Counted from the stretch's first letter, positions 1-10,126 are shown. The stretch is DNA of 44,036 nucleotides from Candidatus Heimdallarchaeota archaeon (GCA_048881705.1 JBHLSH010000025.1:1-44036); one strand, 5' to 3'. Notes: generated from the sequence alone by a model not told the origin. A program made the numbers and translations.

Positions 1-684
1 GTTAGAGAAATTTTCGATCGGGATATCCGGGTCACAGTTTTGGGTAACACGGGAGTCGGGAAAACAACGCTCATTGATCGGATGAAGGGTACCCAGGTTA
101 AGAAGATCTTAAGTAGAAAGACTCTTGATATTAACGTGGAAGAAAAAAGAGTTCGATTAAGGAGCTCAGATACTTATCCTTGGTATAATCCAGAATATTG
201 GAGAAAATATAAGATCCTCTCAATCGACAATCCTGGAGACTACAAATTAAGAAGAAAATGGCGCGAAGCAATGCGCATATTCAAAACGGACGGCATGTTG
301 TTCCTGTTGGATCCTCAACAATCTTTTGAGGTTCAACGGGCCGCTATGGAAGATTCATACAACTATTTTCTGGATTCTCTTGATCTAGATCCTGATCGAG
401 CTGATCAAAAAGCTTTGGAAACAAAATACATATTTCACTTCGTTGTAAACAAATGTGACACTTTTCTGAGTGATGGAAGAGATAGAAAGAAATTCAAGAT
501 CACCGTTCCAGTTAAAGAACGTGCCGTTGAGTTTCTTTCCAACTTCGCAGAGACCATGGATGAATTTAAATCGACTTTTCCCAGTTCAAAGTTTGGAATA
601 ACGTACCTTTCGGCTATCTACTCACCCTACAAAGCTGTAGATAAGCTTTTTGAAATTCTCAAAGTATATTTATACCAGACATAA
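1..684 (+). CDS. Divergent small GTPase (Ras superfamily), 5' partial
   Basis: Frame +1 is open from base 1 (VREIFDRDIRVTVLGNTGVGKT), so the gene starts outside the window rather than at TTG 40. G1 GNTGVGKT, G3 DNPG, G4 NKCD, G5-like LSAI. Confidence 0.85.
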   Translation, partial: VREIFDRDIRVTVLGNTGVGKTTLIDRMKGTQVKKILSRKTLDINVEEKRVRLRSSDTYPWYNPEYWRKYKILSIDNPGDYKLRRKWREAMRIFKTDGMLFLLDPQQSFEVQRAAMEDSYNYFLDSLDLDPDRADQKALETKYIFHFVVNKCDTFLSDGRDRKKFKITVPVKERAVEFLSNFAETMDEFKSTFPSSKFGITYLSAIYSPYKAVDKLFEILKVYLYQT

Positions 685-688
685 CTCT

Positions 689-1495
689 CTAGGGTTTCAC
701 CAAGGGGCTAAGAAGTTCTGCTAAGTTGGATGGATCTAATACCAGAGGTTTTAACTTGATTGAGATTCCCTCTTTTTTCTTTAAAGGCTCTGATTCCAGA
801 TGCTCCTTCAAAGCCGATATCATGCGAATTTTACGTAGGAAAGGGGAAATTAGTGCCATCGATATCTGTTGAAACTCGGATATTTGGTCCGAACGTATAC
901 TTAGGATTTTTTGAAGATCGCCATGACGACCGATAAATCGCGGAAATTCTCTAGTAGTGATATCTATCGCTACCGCTGCCCGATCTTCTTTCGAGGTTTG
1001 AGCTGAAATAACCTTTTGTTTGAAAGGAAGGAACACATTGTTTTCAAATGTCGCCATTGTAGTTGATATCGGATCCTCCAAATCTGCAGCCAATCGGTAG
1101 AATTCTTCGTAAATGTTTGGGACAAACCGTTTCAGTAGGTAAAAATTTGGATACGAACTGTGCGGAAACGGGAGGAGGTCCCCGAAAATAAAATCCATCA
1201 AAAACTGATTGTTATCACTCCTTTTAGGAAAAAAACACAGTTCCGTTATCTCTTTTGTTAATACGTGCAGTAAAAGCATGGGGTCAAGATCCCCAAATAT
1301 CTCTGAGGATTGCATTCTGCCGATTCCTGTTTCTGGTTCTAGAGTTATGTATTCCAATGTCTTTCCGGAAATCCTATAGACAATCCTATTTTTTAAAATC
1401 TCGAAATAACCTCTTTTTGCTAGAACGGTAATTTTTTTCGATTTTGGAATTTCTACGGGTGGTACACAAAAAAATTCTCGGACTAGCGGCTCCAC
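689..1495 (-). CDS. Hypothetical protein (268 aa)
   Basis: Long ORF, GTG start with AGGAAGG-like RBS, convergent with the GTPase across a 4-bp gap. No motif recognised. Confidence 0.7.
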   Translation of the reverse strand: MEPLVREFFCVPPVEIPKSKKITVLAKRGYFEILKNRIVYRISGKTLEYITLEPETGIGRMQSSEIFGDLDPMLLLHVLTKEITELCFFPKRSDNNQFLMDFIFGDLLPFPHSSYPNFYLLKRFVPNIYEEFYRLAADLEDPISTTMATFENNVFLPFKQKVISAQTSKEDRAAVAIDITTREFPRFIGRHGDLQKILSIRSDQISEFQQISMALISPFLRKIRMISALKEHLESEPLKKKEGISIKLKPLVLDPSNLAELLSPLVKP

Positions 1496-1664
1496 TTTGA
1501 CACCTTCCTAGGTATAGATCTTTAAAAAAATGGGTGGTTTAAAAACCTTCAAGAATACAACTCATATATTTGGAAAAAACCAAGGTTGCCCGAATCTCAA
1601 ATTTAAAAGACAATATTAGAATTATCTGCCTTGCCCTCAAACAACCCCTCTACCTCTTCCAAAC

Positions 1665-4600
1665 TTGCGTACAAGTTTTTCGGAGAAACCTTTCATGACC
1701 ATCTTAGAAATCCCATCTAGATGGGATTATAAGGAATTTATTATCTCAGACATGGAACTCAACAAGGAAAACGCATCCAAACTCGCAGATTGTTTAAATT
1801 CATTCGATGATTCGGAAAGCTGGCCCGGTGGATTTACACACGGTAATCCATTTACCGCAGAACGTGTTTTGGATGAGTTTGGCCGAGAGGAGGCCATAGC
1901 TCGTCTTGTTCCATCTGTTGATAACCAGATTGTGGGGATCTGTACTATTCACGTAAACTTTAATGATCCGACATCGTTTTATGTCGGTTTATTCGGGGTG
2001 AATCCAAAATTTCAGGGGAGGGGATTTGGAAAAGCACTTTTGCTGTGCGCTACTGAACTAGTTACACAACTCAAGGGAACCCATTTAGATCTTCATACAT
2101 GGGGTGGAAATCTCAAGGCGATGCCACTGTACAAGCGTACCGGATTTAATTGGTTTCCTGAAACATCTGTACTCATGGAATCCTATATCCCTCCAATTCT
2201 TACCTCTCCATTCTTTTCTCAGTTTATAAACAAGGCAGATTGGTATATCCGACTGGAACGTCCCATTCTTCAATCACCTGACATCCACAAGATTGATGGC
2301 TCCGCCGTGTTTAAATATCATTTCAAATTGGACAATGACTCGGATTTCTTGGATATATTCGTGGATAGAGAAGCAAAAACTGTAAATGGTTTTCATCTGC
2401 AAAATCCCAGCTTGGCTGTCGAAATTGAAACTAGCTTACTTGATCAATCAGGATATATCGGATCAGCGAACAATAAATTCTTTTGGAAGCTCACCAACCA
2501 CTCCGCAGAGAGAATCACTATAAGAGGAGGCCTTATTCTCTCAGATGGAATCAAACTGGTAAAATCTGTATTACAAGATTTTAATATCAACCTTGAACCC
2601 GGAGATAAAAAGATTCTTGATTTTGACATCGCGATTGGTTCCGATGTCAAACCAACAAACAAGAGGTGGGAGGTTTCAGAAAGAACTAGTTCAACAATTA
2701 CCAGCCGTTTTAAGATTGAGAACTATCCAGAAATAGCACTCACATCAGGTTTTATAATAAAGGAACCCTTCGAACTCTCTTTTGATCCGCTTTATCCGTC
2801 CGTGCGGTCTGGGAAGGAATTCGAAAAGTTCGGAATGGTAATAACCAATAACATGGGTTCTTTCCAGTCTCTGGTAGTGGAACTGGCATTTGAGGGTGGT
2901 TCAATCGAACCAACGGAAGTTCAACCCATACAATTGAGGCCTTACGAATCAGAGAAAATTATGGTAACTGTATATCCAGATTTGAATGGTTTAAACCGAC
3001 AAAACGCCAAATTGATTTTAACTTTGAGTTCAGATCAATTTGTTCATCCTCTAAGGAAAGTTCGAGAACTTGGGGTGTTGATCGGGGGGGTCTCCATTCG
3101 TTCTTTGCCTGATGATGAATTTCTTGTGGAAAATACGAGACTGCAGGCGAAAGTTCGAACGAGCAAATGGTGTGGAATTACTCATGTTATCGATCTCTTG
3201 AGGGATGAAAGCCATACCCTACAGGCAGGATTGGATGCACTAGGAGTTCCATTTCCGTATGCAACAGAGGATTTAACCGTTCATTCTTATGTAGCCGTAA
3301 GGAACGCTGAAACAGGTCAACTGGAATTATCAGCCGAATCAAAAAAATTTCCACCTCTAAAAGTTAGAAAAACGATGGCTCTACTTCCTGGCGAACCCAT
3401 CATTCAGTTAACACACCAAATCGAGAACGATGGAGTCACTGATTTTTCAGAAGTAGGTTTTCTTACCTGGGGTTTTGGATTATGGGAAACAGGGAATGAG
3501 ATCACGATCCAAACACCCGATCAAGTGGTGGTTGTTGACGACATTGAATGGGGCGGCACTAATGACTTGAAGGGTCTAAGTGATCGGGCCAATGAAGGTT
3601 GGATCTTCCATAATCGCAGAACGGGATCATTTGCAGTAATTTGGAGTCCCAAATCTGTGTACAAGATACGGTTACACAGAAACCGTTCTTTCTACCTAGA
3701 GTATCGATTTCCTTTGTTGGCAAATCAGACAAAGCAGTTTGCACCTATTTATCTAATTTTCGGTTTAGAGAACTGGCAAGAGGCTAGGCGAACATGGGAC
3801 CGCTTTTATGGAAACAAAAATACTCCATTAAAAACCTCTCTGGAAGTCGATAGCCAAAAGGCCATTGGAATCTCAATATGCGATTGCATCGACGAACGGA
3901 AGCAAAAGCCACTTTTTCTAACCCGTGGTACCCCTCAAACACTATTCTTGAATTATGTCAATGATTTTCGCAGGAAATTAGAAGGAAAGGTCAATTTTAG
4001 TGGGTTCTCCCATTTAAGAGTTCCAGATGAAACAATACTTCTTACAATGACGCCCGAATCAGAAGGGGGTATGCCGGTTACGGTGCATTCTTCGGATGAT
4101 CCTCACCTTTATCACGATCAGCTCGAAGTTTCCTACCAAACAAATACTTCAATCCGGCGATATAATACTTCCATTTTCTATTATGGCGGTTCCCAAGAAG
4201 AAAAAGTCCATGTAACTGAAGTGTTAGATTCGCATGGAAATACGGTTAATATATTAGAAAACGGCCTGATCCGCCTTATGGCCACAAAAAAGTTTTCAGG
4301 TTCTCTTCATCTGCTAGAGATAAAAGGGTCTCCTTTCAACTATATCATGACTTCCTATCCGGATAAAAAGCCATATTTATGGTATAATCCATTTTTGGGG
4401 GGATTACAGGTTACATTACGTGAGAAATCTCAAAATCATGGCGAAGGAATGATCTATAAGTTCCCCGCCATCAAAGCTCAAGAAATCAACATGGCAGATT
4501 GGAAGGGGATTCAATTCCTGCTTGATTTATCCCGGAATAATCTGTTAGCAAACATTCAAGCCAGTTTAAGTTATCTCATGCTCCCTAGCTCAAATATCCT

Positions 4601-5024
4601 TCGGATTGACCTCGATATCTCAAATCGTCGGTCAAGTCCCGTCCAGCTTCGGTGTGGTTATGAGCTATTCCTCAGTACGGAAATCGACCGTGTCCATTTC
4701 ACCTCACAGGACGCTACTGTTGATATTAAGGTAACGGAAAATCTCGAAAATAGTTTTCTTTTGCCAAGGAGGGCTCCATGGGCCCTGTTTTATTCTAGTT
4801 CAGAAGGAACAATTCCATACAAACTTGGATTTTTTGGGGGGATTTCGCACCTGACATGGAAAGATAGAATTGAAATTGCAGAAAAAACGCGAGTGATCTT
4901 TCCAGGGGGGGAAGTAGTTATTGCGCCTGGTGAAACATGGAGCTGTACTTGTTTTCTCGTTTTTATAGAGCAGCTAGAGGAGATCCAAGCATATAAAAGA
5001 CTGCAAACGTTCCAAAATACCTGA
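1665..5024 (+). CDS. Large GNAT-family N-acetyltransferase with long beta-rich C-terminal region
   Basis: N-terminal GNAT acetyl-CoA motif VNPKFQGRGFGKAL and HTWGGNLKAMPLYKRTGF. About 900 further aa look like beta-sandwich/supersandwich domains. Start may be ATG 1696. Confidence 0.8.
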   Translation: MRTSFSEKPFMTILEIPSRWDYKEFIISDMELNKENASKLADCLNSFDDSESWPGGFTHGNPFTAERVLDEFGREEAIARLVPSVDNQIVGICTIHVNFNDPTSFYVGLFGVNPKFQGRGFGKALLLCATELVTQLKGTHLDLHTWGGNLKAMPLYKRTGFNWFPETSVLMESYIPPILTSPFFSQFINKADWYIRLERPILQSPDIHKIDGSAVFKYHFKLDNDSDFLDIFVDREAKTVNGFHLQNPSLAVEIETSLLDQSGYIGSANNKFFWKLTNHSAERITIRGGLILSDGIKLVKSVLQDFNINLEPGDKKILDFDIAIGSDVKPTNKRWEVSERTSSTITSRFKIENYPEIALTSGFIIKEPFELSFDPLYPSVRSGKEFEKFGMVITNNMGSFQSLVVELAFEGGSIEPTEVQPIQLRPYESEKIMVTVYPDLNGLNRQNAKLILTLSSDQFVHPLRKVRELGVLIGGVSIRSLPDDEFLVENTRLQAKVRTSKWCGITHVIDLLRDESHTLQAGLDALGVPFPYATEDLTVHSYVAVRNAETGQLELSAESKKFPPLKVRKTMALLPGEPIIQLTHQIENDGVTDFSEVGFLTWGFGLWETGNEITIQTPDQVVVVDDIEWGGTNDLKGLSDRANEGWIFHNRRTGSFAVIWSPKSVYKIRLHRNRSFYLEYRFPLLANQTKQFAPIYLIFGLENWQEARRTWDRFYGNKNTPLKTSLEVDSQKAIGISICDCIDERKQKPLFLTRGTPQTLFLNYVNDFRRKLEGKVNFSGFSHLRVPDETILLTMTPESEGGMPVTVHSSDDPHLYHDQLEVSYQTNTSIRRYNTSIFYYGGSQEEKVHVTEVLDSHGNTVNILENGLIRLMATKKFSGSLHLLEIKGSPFNYIMTSYPDKKPYLWYNPFLGGLQVTLREKSQNHGEGMIYKFPAIKAQEINMADWKGIQFLLDLSRNNLLANIQASLSYLMLPSSNILRIDLDISNRRSSPVQLRCGYELFLSTEIDRVHFTSQDATVDIKVTENLENSFLLPRRAPWALFYSSSEGTIPYKLGFFGGISHLTWKDRIEIAEKTRVIFPGGEVVIAPGETWSCTCFLVFIEQLEEIQAYKRLQTFQNT

Positions 5025-5245
5025 ATGCTTGGATTGACCTAGTTGTGGAATATCTCATTGGATTTCCGCCAATTTTGGGAGAATTCCTGTTTTTGATCTA
5101 TTCATCCATAATCTTTGTTAGTACCGAAGGTTATCGTGAAAAACAAAATAAATCACCCAACTTATAAGAAACATGAATTCTAGGATGATTAAATACTCGC
5201 AATTGCGGTTACTAGTTTGTATCAACCCCTCGTTTATATCTGCGC

Positions 5246-7099
5246 ATGGAGATTGTAGAAAAGCAAATGCCCATCCCCGTAGTACCACGTGAAGAACTTT
5301 TGAAAAAGATACCGGAGCGGCCAGGGATCTATCTCATGTTGGATGTGCATGAAAAGATAGTTTACATCGGCGGCGCCACAAATTTAAAAAAACGGGTTAC
5401 ATCCTATTTTGCCAAAGAGGTTCCAGATCAGAAAACAAAGCGCCTACTTACCCATGTTCACTCTCTGGACTATGAAATCCATGAATCCGAAGAGAAGGCC
5501 TTTCTACGTGAACGTGAGCTAATCCGAATACACCACCCGAAGTATAATATAGAATGGAGAGATGATAAAGAATATCCTATGATTCGGATAACAAAGCCAT
5601 CTTCAACGGAGTTGTTCTCTCGTTTATTTGTTGTGAGGGAGGTATCTGGGACTCAAGATTGGCACTTTGGACGTAAAACTGATGTAAAAGCACTTAGAAG
5701 AAGTATTCGTGCCCTTCGCCGGATTTTTCCAGTTGCAAATAAAGGTTATTGTTTTAACGTCAAAAAACCTTGCCTGGATTATTCTGTAAAACGTTGTGCA
5801 GCTCCATGTGCAACCAAAATCTCATTAGAGCGATATCAATCCATTGTGGGTCAATTGGTTCTCTTCCTTCAGGGAAGAAGACAAGATCTAATGGAAAGTC
5901 TATATAAAGAAATGGAAGACGCTTCGAAGACCTTGGAATATGAACGGGCTGCTGTTCTTAGAGACAGAATAGCCCAGATTGAGCGAACGATTGATTCTCA
6001 GCATGGATTTCCTCAATCTCGGAACCGAGACGTTTTTCTAGTTTTAGAAGAGTCTAATCATTTTATGTTGGCTATTTTTTGGATCAAAGAAGATTCAGTA
6101 TTGAACTCCGAAGTTCGCTATCTTGGCCAGTTGGAACATCTAACAGGGTCTGAGATACTCCAATCATTTGTACGACATTATTACATGAATTCAGAATTCA
6201 TTCCTCCAATCGTGGAGGTTAATTTTGATATTAAAGATAATAAAGAAGTATTGGAGCTCTGGCTTTCAAAGAAGCAAGGAACAACGGTGCTTATCAAGAA
6301 AGCTGACCTTTCCTTTCCTTCTCAGCTCAGATCTCTCATTTCAAAGCAGAAATACTCCTTAAGTGAAAAAATCAGGAGAGGAGTAAGGACAGCAGTGCAA
6401 CAAAATACTGCTCTGCATCAACTTATGGATTATCTGGGCCTAGATGATCTTCCAAATCGGATAGAGTGCTTTGATATTTCGACCACGCAAGGGACACTTC
6501 CAGTGGGGTCAATGGTAGTCTATCAAAACGGAACACTGGATAAATCCCAATATCGCAAATTTAAGATTAAATCCATCACGGGGGAAGCCAATGATGTAGC
6601 TATGCTTGCCGAAATGATTGGAAGACGTCTCGAACATACCGATCTAGGCTTTGCGAGTGCTCTACCCGATTTAGTTGTAGTAGATGGAGGAAAACCTCAA
6701 GTAAATACCATAGCACGCGTTTTAAAGAAACGAAAACAGCAAATTCCAGTTATCGGTTTGGCCAAGAAGGAAGAAGATGTATTTCTTCCTCACCAACCTG
6801 ATCCAGTACCCATCCCTAAAAAGAGTCCAGCTCTAAACTTGCTTCAGCAGATTCGTGATGAGGCTCATCGATTTGCGATAACTTATCACCAAAAGCGGAG
6901 ACTAGTTCATCCAAGATCTCAGCTTGACCTCATTCCGGGAGTTGGTGCGAAAAGAAGGAACGCTCTTCTCCAATATTTCGGAGATCTACCTCAAATCAAG
7001 AAAGCCACTGTTGAGGAATTAGCCCAGGTTGAGGGGATTAATCGGGCTTTGGCCGAGCGAATTTATCTTTATTTTCGGGCAACTATACCCGTAGAATGA
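5246..7099 (+). CDS. uvrC: Excinuclease ABC subunit C
   Basis: GIY-YIG (PGIYLM..VYIGGA.NLKKRV.SYF), four-Cys cluster (CFNVKKPCLDYSVKRCAAPC), UVR coiled coil (LEYERAAVLRDRI), RNase H-like domain (IECFDIS, DLVVVDGGKPQ, RDEAHRFA), tandem HhH (IPGVGAKRR, VEGINRALAE). Confidence 0.97.
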   Translation: MEIVEKQMPIPVVPREELLKKIPERPGIYLMLDVHEKIVYIGGATNLKKRVTSYFAKEVPDQKTKRLLTHVHSLDYEIHESEEKAFLRERELIRIHHPKYNIEWRDDKEYPMIRITKPSSTELFSRLFVVREVSGTQDWHFGRKTDVKALRRSIRALRRIFPVANKGYCFNVKKPCLDYSVKRCAAPCATKISLERYQSIVGQLVLFLQGRRQDLMESLYKEMEDASKTLEYERAAVLRDRIAQIERTIDSQHGFPQSRNRDVFLVLEESNHFMLAIFWIKEDSVLNSEVRYLGQLEHLTGSEILQSFVRHYYMNSEFIPPIVEVNFDIKDNKEVLELWLSKKQGTTVLIKKADLSFPSQLRSLISKQKYSLSEKIRRGVRTAVQQNTALHQLMDYLGLDDLPNRIECFDISTTQGTLPVGSMVVYQNGTLDKSQYRKFKIKSITGEANDVAMLAEMIGRRLEHTDLGFASALPDLVVVDGGKPQVNTIARVLKKRKQQIPVIGLAKKEEDVFLPHQPDPVPIPKKSPALNLLQQIRDEAHRFAITYHQKRRLVHPRSQLDLIPGVGAKRRNALLQYFGDLPQIKKATVEELAQVEGINRALAERIYLYFRATIPVE

Positions 7100-7463
7100 T
7101 TTATAATTGGATTCAGAAAGGTTACCAAAATGTCAACAATAAAGACTTTGATTCCTTCTTCTTTTCTTCCAGCATTTTTTGAACTGATATTTTAAAATCG
7201 AAAACAATCGGTCAGGTAGCGACAAACTTGTATTTAAACGGATTTTTCTTCTTATTGATGGAAAAAGGATAAGAGTTACACATATCTTTTGAATGAGTCT
7301 AACTATAATCTTTAAAACGCATATCCAAATTACGGATAAAATTGAGTACGGATTCATGATACAAGGCCATGGCTTCGTTGCACGGTATAAAAAAAAACTT
7401 CAAAAAGGCCCATTCTTGTACTGAAATGAAATGAAGTAATTCCCATTTGAAGGAGTAACCAGA

Positions 7464-7664
7464 GTGAGCGGGCGAATTTCAAAATTCTCAAAAAAATTGG
7501 TAAAAGAAGGCGGAAAAAAGGCGTTAAAACTAAGTGGTGTCTCTTCTGATGCGGCTAGTGTCGCAAAAGAAACAATAAAGGCGAAATTGGATGAATCGGG
7601 AGTAGCAGAGACAGTAAAGGAAAAGGCATTAGGTCCTGTGAAAAAACGGCTACCGAAGAGATAG
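7464..7664 (+). CDS. Small Lys-rich helical protein (66 aa)
   Basis: GTG start preceded by GAAGGAG RBS. First ORF of a co-oriented run (7464-9790). Confidence 0.55.
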   Translation: MSGRISKFSKKLVKEGGKKALKLSGVSSDAASVAKETIKAKLDESGVAETVKEKALGPVKKRLPKR

Positions 7665-7700
7665 ATCTAGTTCAAGACTCGCGGAATTTAACGCACCTAA

Positions 7701-8072
7701 ATGCGCGGTGTAAAAATGAAAATGAAAAATGTAGATAACGTTTCAAAAGAAGATGTGACTGCATTCGGATCGACAGGAACAACCATACAATGGATATGGG
7801 GAAAAAAAGATGAAGTACCAAATTTTTTTCTCCGAAGATTCGCGATAAGTCCTGGCAATCACATTGGATTGCACGATCATTTGGAAGAGCATGAGATTTT
7901 TGTTCTGTCAGGGGAAGGTATGGTTTTTGACGGATCAGGTCGTGAAGTCCTTATAAGACCCGGTGACTCATTATTTGTTCCTCCCGAAGAATCTCATGGC
8001 TATAAAAACACGGGAACTTCAGATTTAATCTTTTTGTGCATCATCCCGCGATTATCCAAGGACGACGCGTAA
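7701..8072 (+). CDS. Cupin domain protein
   Basis: Cupin metal motifs IGLHDHLEEHEIFVLSGEG and PGDSLFVPPEESHGYKNTG. Start may be ATG 7716 or 7722. Confidence 0.92.
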   Translation: MRGVKMKMKNVDNVSKEDVTAFGSTGTTIQWIWGKKDEVPNFFLRRFAISPGNHIGLHDHLEEHEIFVLSGEGMVFDGSGREVLIRPGDSLFVPPEESHGYKNTGTSDLIFLCIIPRLSKDDA

Positions 8073-8103
8073 AAAGGCTATCATCTGGGTGGAGTCATAA
8101 AAT

Positions 8104-9450
8104 ATGAAGGCACGGAGTGAATGGCTAGCCACCTATCACGATGGCGATCCACGGTTGAAAAATTCTCGAAATGGAATCTTACAACTAAATCCGGAAAAGC
8201 TCCGTGTTGAATTTGCGGTTCAAACAACTGAAAAGGAATCGTCCCCAATCATTTTAGTGAATTATCCACTGGAACATCTTCACCGGGTTCAAATCATCGA
8301 AAAACGACAGAAGTTGAAGAAAAAAGTATTTTTACAGTTAATTCTTGGGTTTCCGCCCAATGAGATGCGCCCCCTGTTTTCTTTCGGCCTAGTGGAACCC
8401 AAAGAGATACAAATTAAGATTCAGGAATTTATCGATAACCACAAGGACAAAGGAGATTTGGAGTCATCGCAAGTTGAACCTGATTTCTTGGAAGCTTTTG
8501 CGCAACTTCTTACGACTCCTATTGGCCAGATTCAACAACTTCTTGAACCGATTCGGGCTGTCACCAATCGGATATTATCATTTACGACTCGTCCTCTAAT
8601 CACAACGCTTGAACCAAAATACGAGTACGAAACTCAGACTATCGAGGTAAATAAAAGGCGAGTTACGTTCTTTGAGACCGCCAAAGTCTATCCACTAGCT
8701 TTGGTAATGCTTTCTCCTGTGGGGGGTCAAATAAAAGACCTATTTCCTCTGATTGGTTCCTTTCTAGGCAATTACCAGGTTTATATTCTCGGGATGCGGG
8801 GTTTTACGCCTCCTATTGAGCAGGATACGGAATTTACCCTAAAAAACTATATCCGGGACCTAAAGGACTTTCTAGGGTATATCAGATCAGTTCACGAGCG
8901 AAGAATTGTTCTCTGTGCGCATTCAATCTTCTCTGCAATAATACTTGAGGAATTTATTGATCCAGATTCCTCTGATATTGAAAAGCTAATTCTGATTTCT
9001 GGTGCTCACAAAGCTCCAGACAATTATCGTGCAGGTATTCGGGCGCTACCCCCTCCTAGACTATGGCCTTTCAAGGGCCAGGTTAAGAAAATAGCACCTA
9101 AGGTACTTTTTTCAACCGCAGCCAATCAGACTTTAACGCGTAGCTACATTGATCAAGCGTTTACAATTCCAGATAAGATTTATTACAATTTACTTAAAGA
9201 TCTCTTACCCCAGTTCGACTACACAAAACAGATTAGGCAGCTAGAGAAACCCGTTTTATTAATTTGGGGAAACAATGATTCTTTGATCCCTAGTTCTTTA
9301 CAGGAGGAAATGATATCGCTTATTTCCTCAAACAATCTTGTTCATAGATTAGTTCCCGGAGGGCATTACGTGATGTTAGAATCTCCAGAGGCCGTTGGGA
9401 GTGAGATTAACAAGTTTATGACACAAAGGTATGTGATCTCAGTTGACTGA
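8104..9450 (+). CDS. Alpha/beta hydrolase with N-terminal PH-like domain
   Basis: C-terminal ABH fold: ILGMRGF, nucleophile elbow AHSIF, LLIWGNNDSLIP (acid), PGGHYVMLESPEAV (His). The N-terminal ~110 aa show a bPH-like strand pattern plus terminal helix (inferred). Confidence 0.8.
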   Translation: MKARSEWLATYHDGDPRLKNSRNGILQLNPEKLRVEFAVQTTEKESSPIILVNYPLEHLHRVQIIEKRQKLKKKVFLQLILGFPPNEMRPLFSFGLVEPKEIQIKIQEFIDNHKDKGDLESSQVEPDFLEAFAQLLTTPIGQIQQLLEPIRAVTNRILSFTTRPLITTLEPKYEYETQTIEVNKRRVTFFETAKVYPLALVMLSPVGGQIKDLFPLIGSFLGNYQVYILGMRGFTPPIEQDTEFTLKNYIRDLKDFLGYIRSVHERRIVLCAHSIFSAIILEEFIDPDSSDIEKLILISGAHKAPDNYRAGIRALPPPRLWPFKGQVKKIAPKVLFSTAANQTLTRSYIDQAFTIPDKIYYNLLKDLLPQFDYTKQIRQLEKPVLLIWGNNDSLIPSSLQEEMISLISSNNLVHRLVPGGHYVMLESPEAVGSEINKFMTQRYVISVD

Positions 9451-9790
9451 CAAAGTATCCCGACCCAAAAACCATTATAGTGTACGTTTTACCGACAAGA
9501 ATTCATGGAACGAATTTAAGGAAGATCTTAAGCCGATCTTGCGCGAGCAGAGGATAAAATACCAATATTCGGAGAAAACACCGACCTTTCACATTCTTTA
9601 TAAAAGCCCAGAAATTAATTTCAAAGTTATATGGGAGGAGGATGGTGGACTACTGGTTTCTTTGCAGGCTGGTTCAGAAATTAATAAAGAAAATGTATTG
9701 GTATGTAGAGAGATCTACGATCTATTGCTACTCTTTTCAGGAGAGCTCGTTGAAGGAAAAAATCCATATGATTGGGCTGATAGTGACTAG
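9443..9790 (+). CDS. Hypothetical protein (115 aa)
   Basis: TTG start overlaps the hydrolase stop by 8 nt (translational coupling). Globular alpha/beta composition. Confidence 0.65.
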   Translation: MTDKVSRPKNHYSVRFTDKNSWNEFKEDLKPILREQRIKYQYSEKTPTFHILYKSPEINFKVIWEEDGGLLVSLQAGSEINKENVLVCREIYDLLLLFSGELVEGKNPYDWADSD

Positions 9791-9966
9791 GAATCAGGAT
9801 ATCCATAATCCAGTTCCAAGGCCTTAATAAATTCTTTCAGCCTAGTATAGAACGGTTTTATTTTCCCTTGCTTCCAGTCCCGAGCGATTTTTCGATAAAG
9901 TTCGCCATCAAGACTTAATTGAAAACCTTTCTCAGTTTCTATAACAGAAATTCCTGATTTCACCAT
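9787..9966 (-). CDS. Small hypothetical protein (59 aa, below the ORF-track cutoff)
   Basis: Manual translation: MVKSGISVIETEKGFQLSLDGELYRKIARDWKQGKIKPFYTRLKEFIKALELDYGYPDS*. It fills the intergenic gap, and its TAG overlaps the convergent TAG in a shared CTAG. Confidence 0.6.
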   Translation of the reverse strand: MVKSGISVIETEKGFQLSLDGELYRKIARDWKQGKIKPFYTRLKEFIKALELDYGYPDS

Positions 9967-10126
9967 TTACGAAACGAACCGTTAAAATGGATAAAAACAA
10001 GATCATTTTATCATGCTAATATTAAAGCTATCCTTTTAAAATATCATTGAGATTGATTTTCGTCAAATAATATGGAAAAAGATTTATGAGGTTGCATAAC
10101 CCTATAATTCGCACGTGGTTTGAGAC

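Noticed and set aside
5300-5420. UvrC GIY-YIG reads YIGGA instead of the usual YVGKA
   Set aside because: Single substitution with all other UvrC motifs intact, not enough to claim altered function. uvrA/uvrB are probably elsewhere.
7133-7357. 74-aa minus-strand ORF after uvrC
   Set aside because: No recognisable motif or RBS, and other frames give only short fragments. Likely non-coding or decayed.
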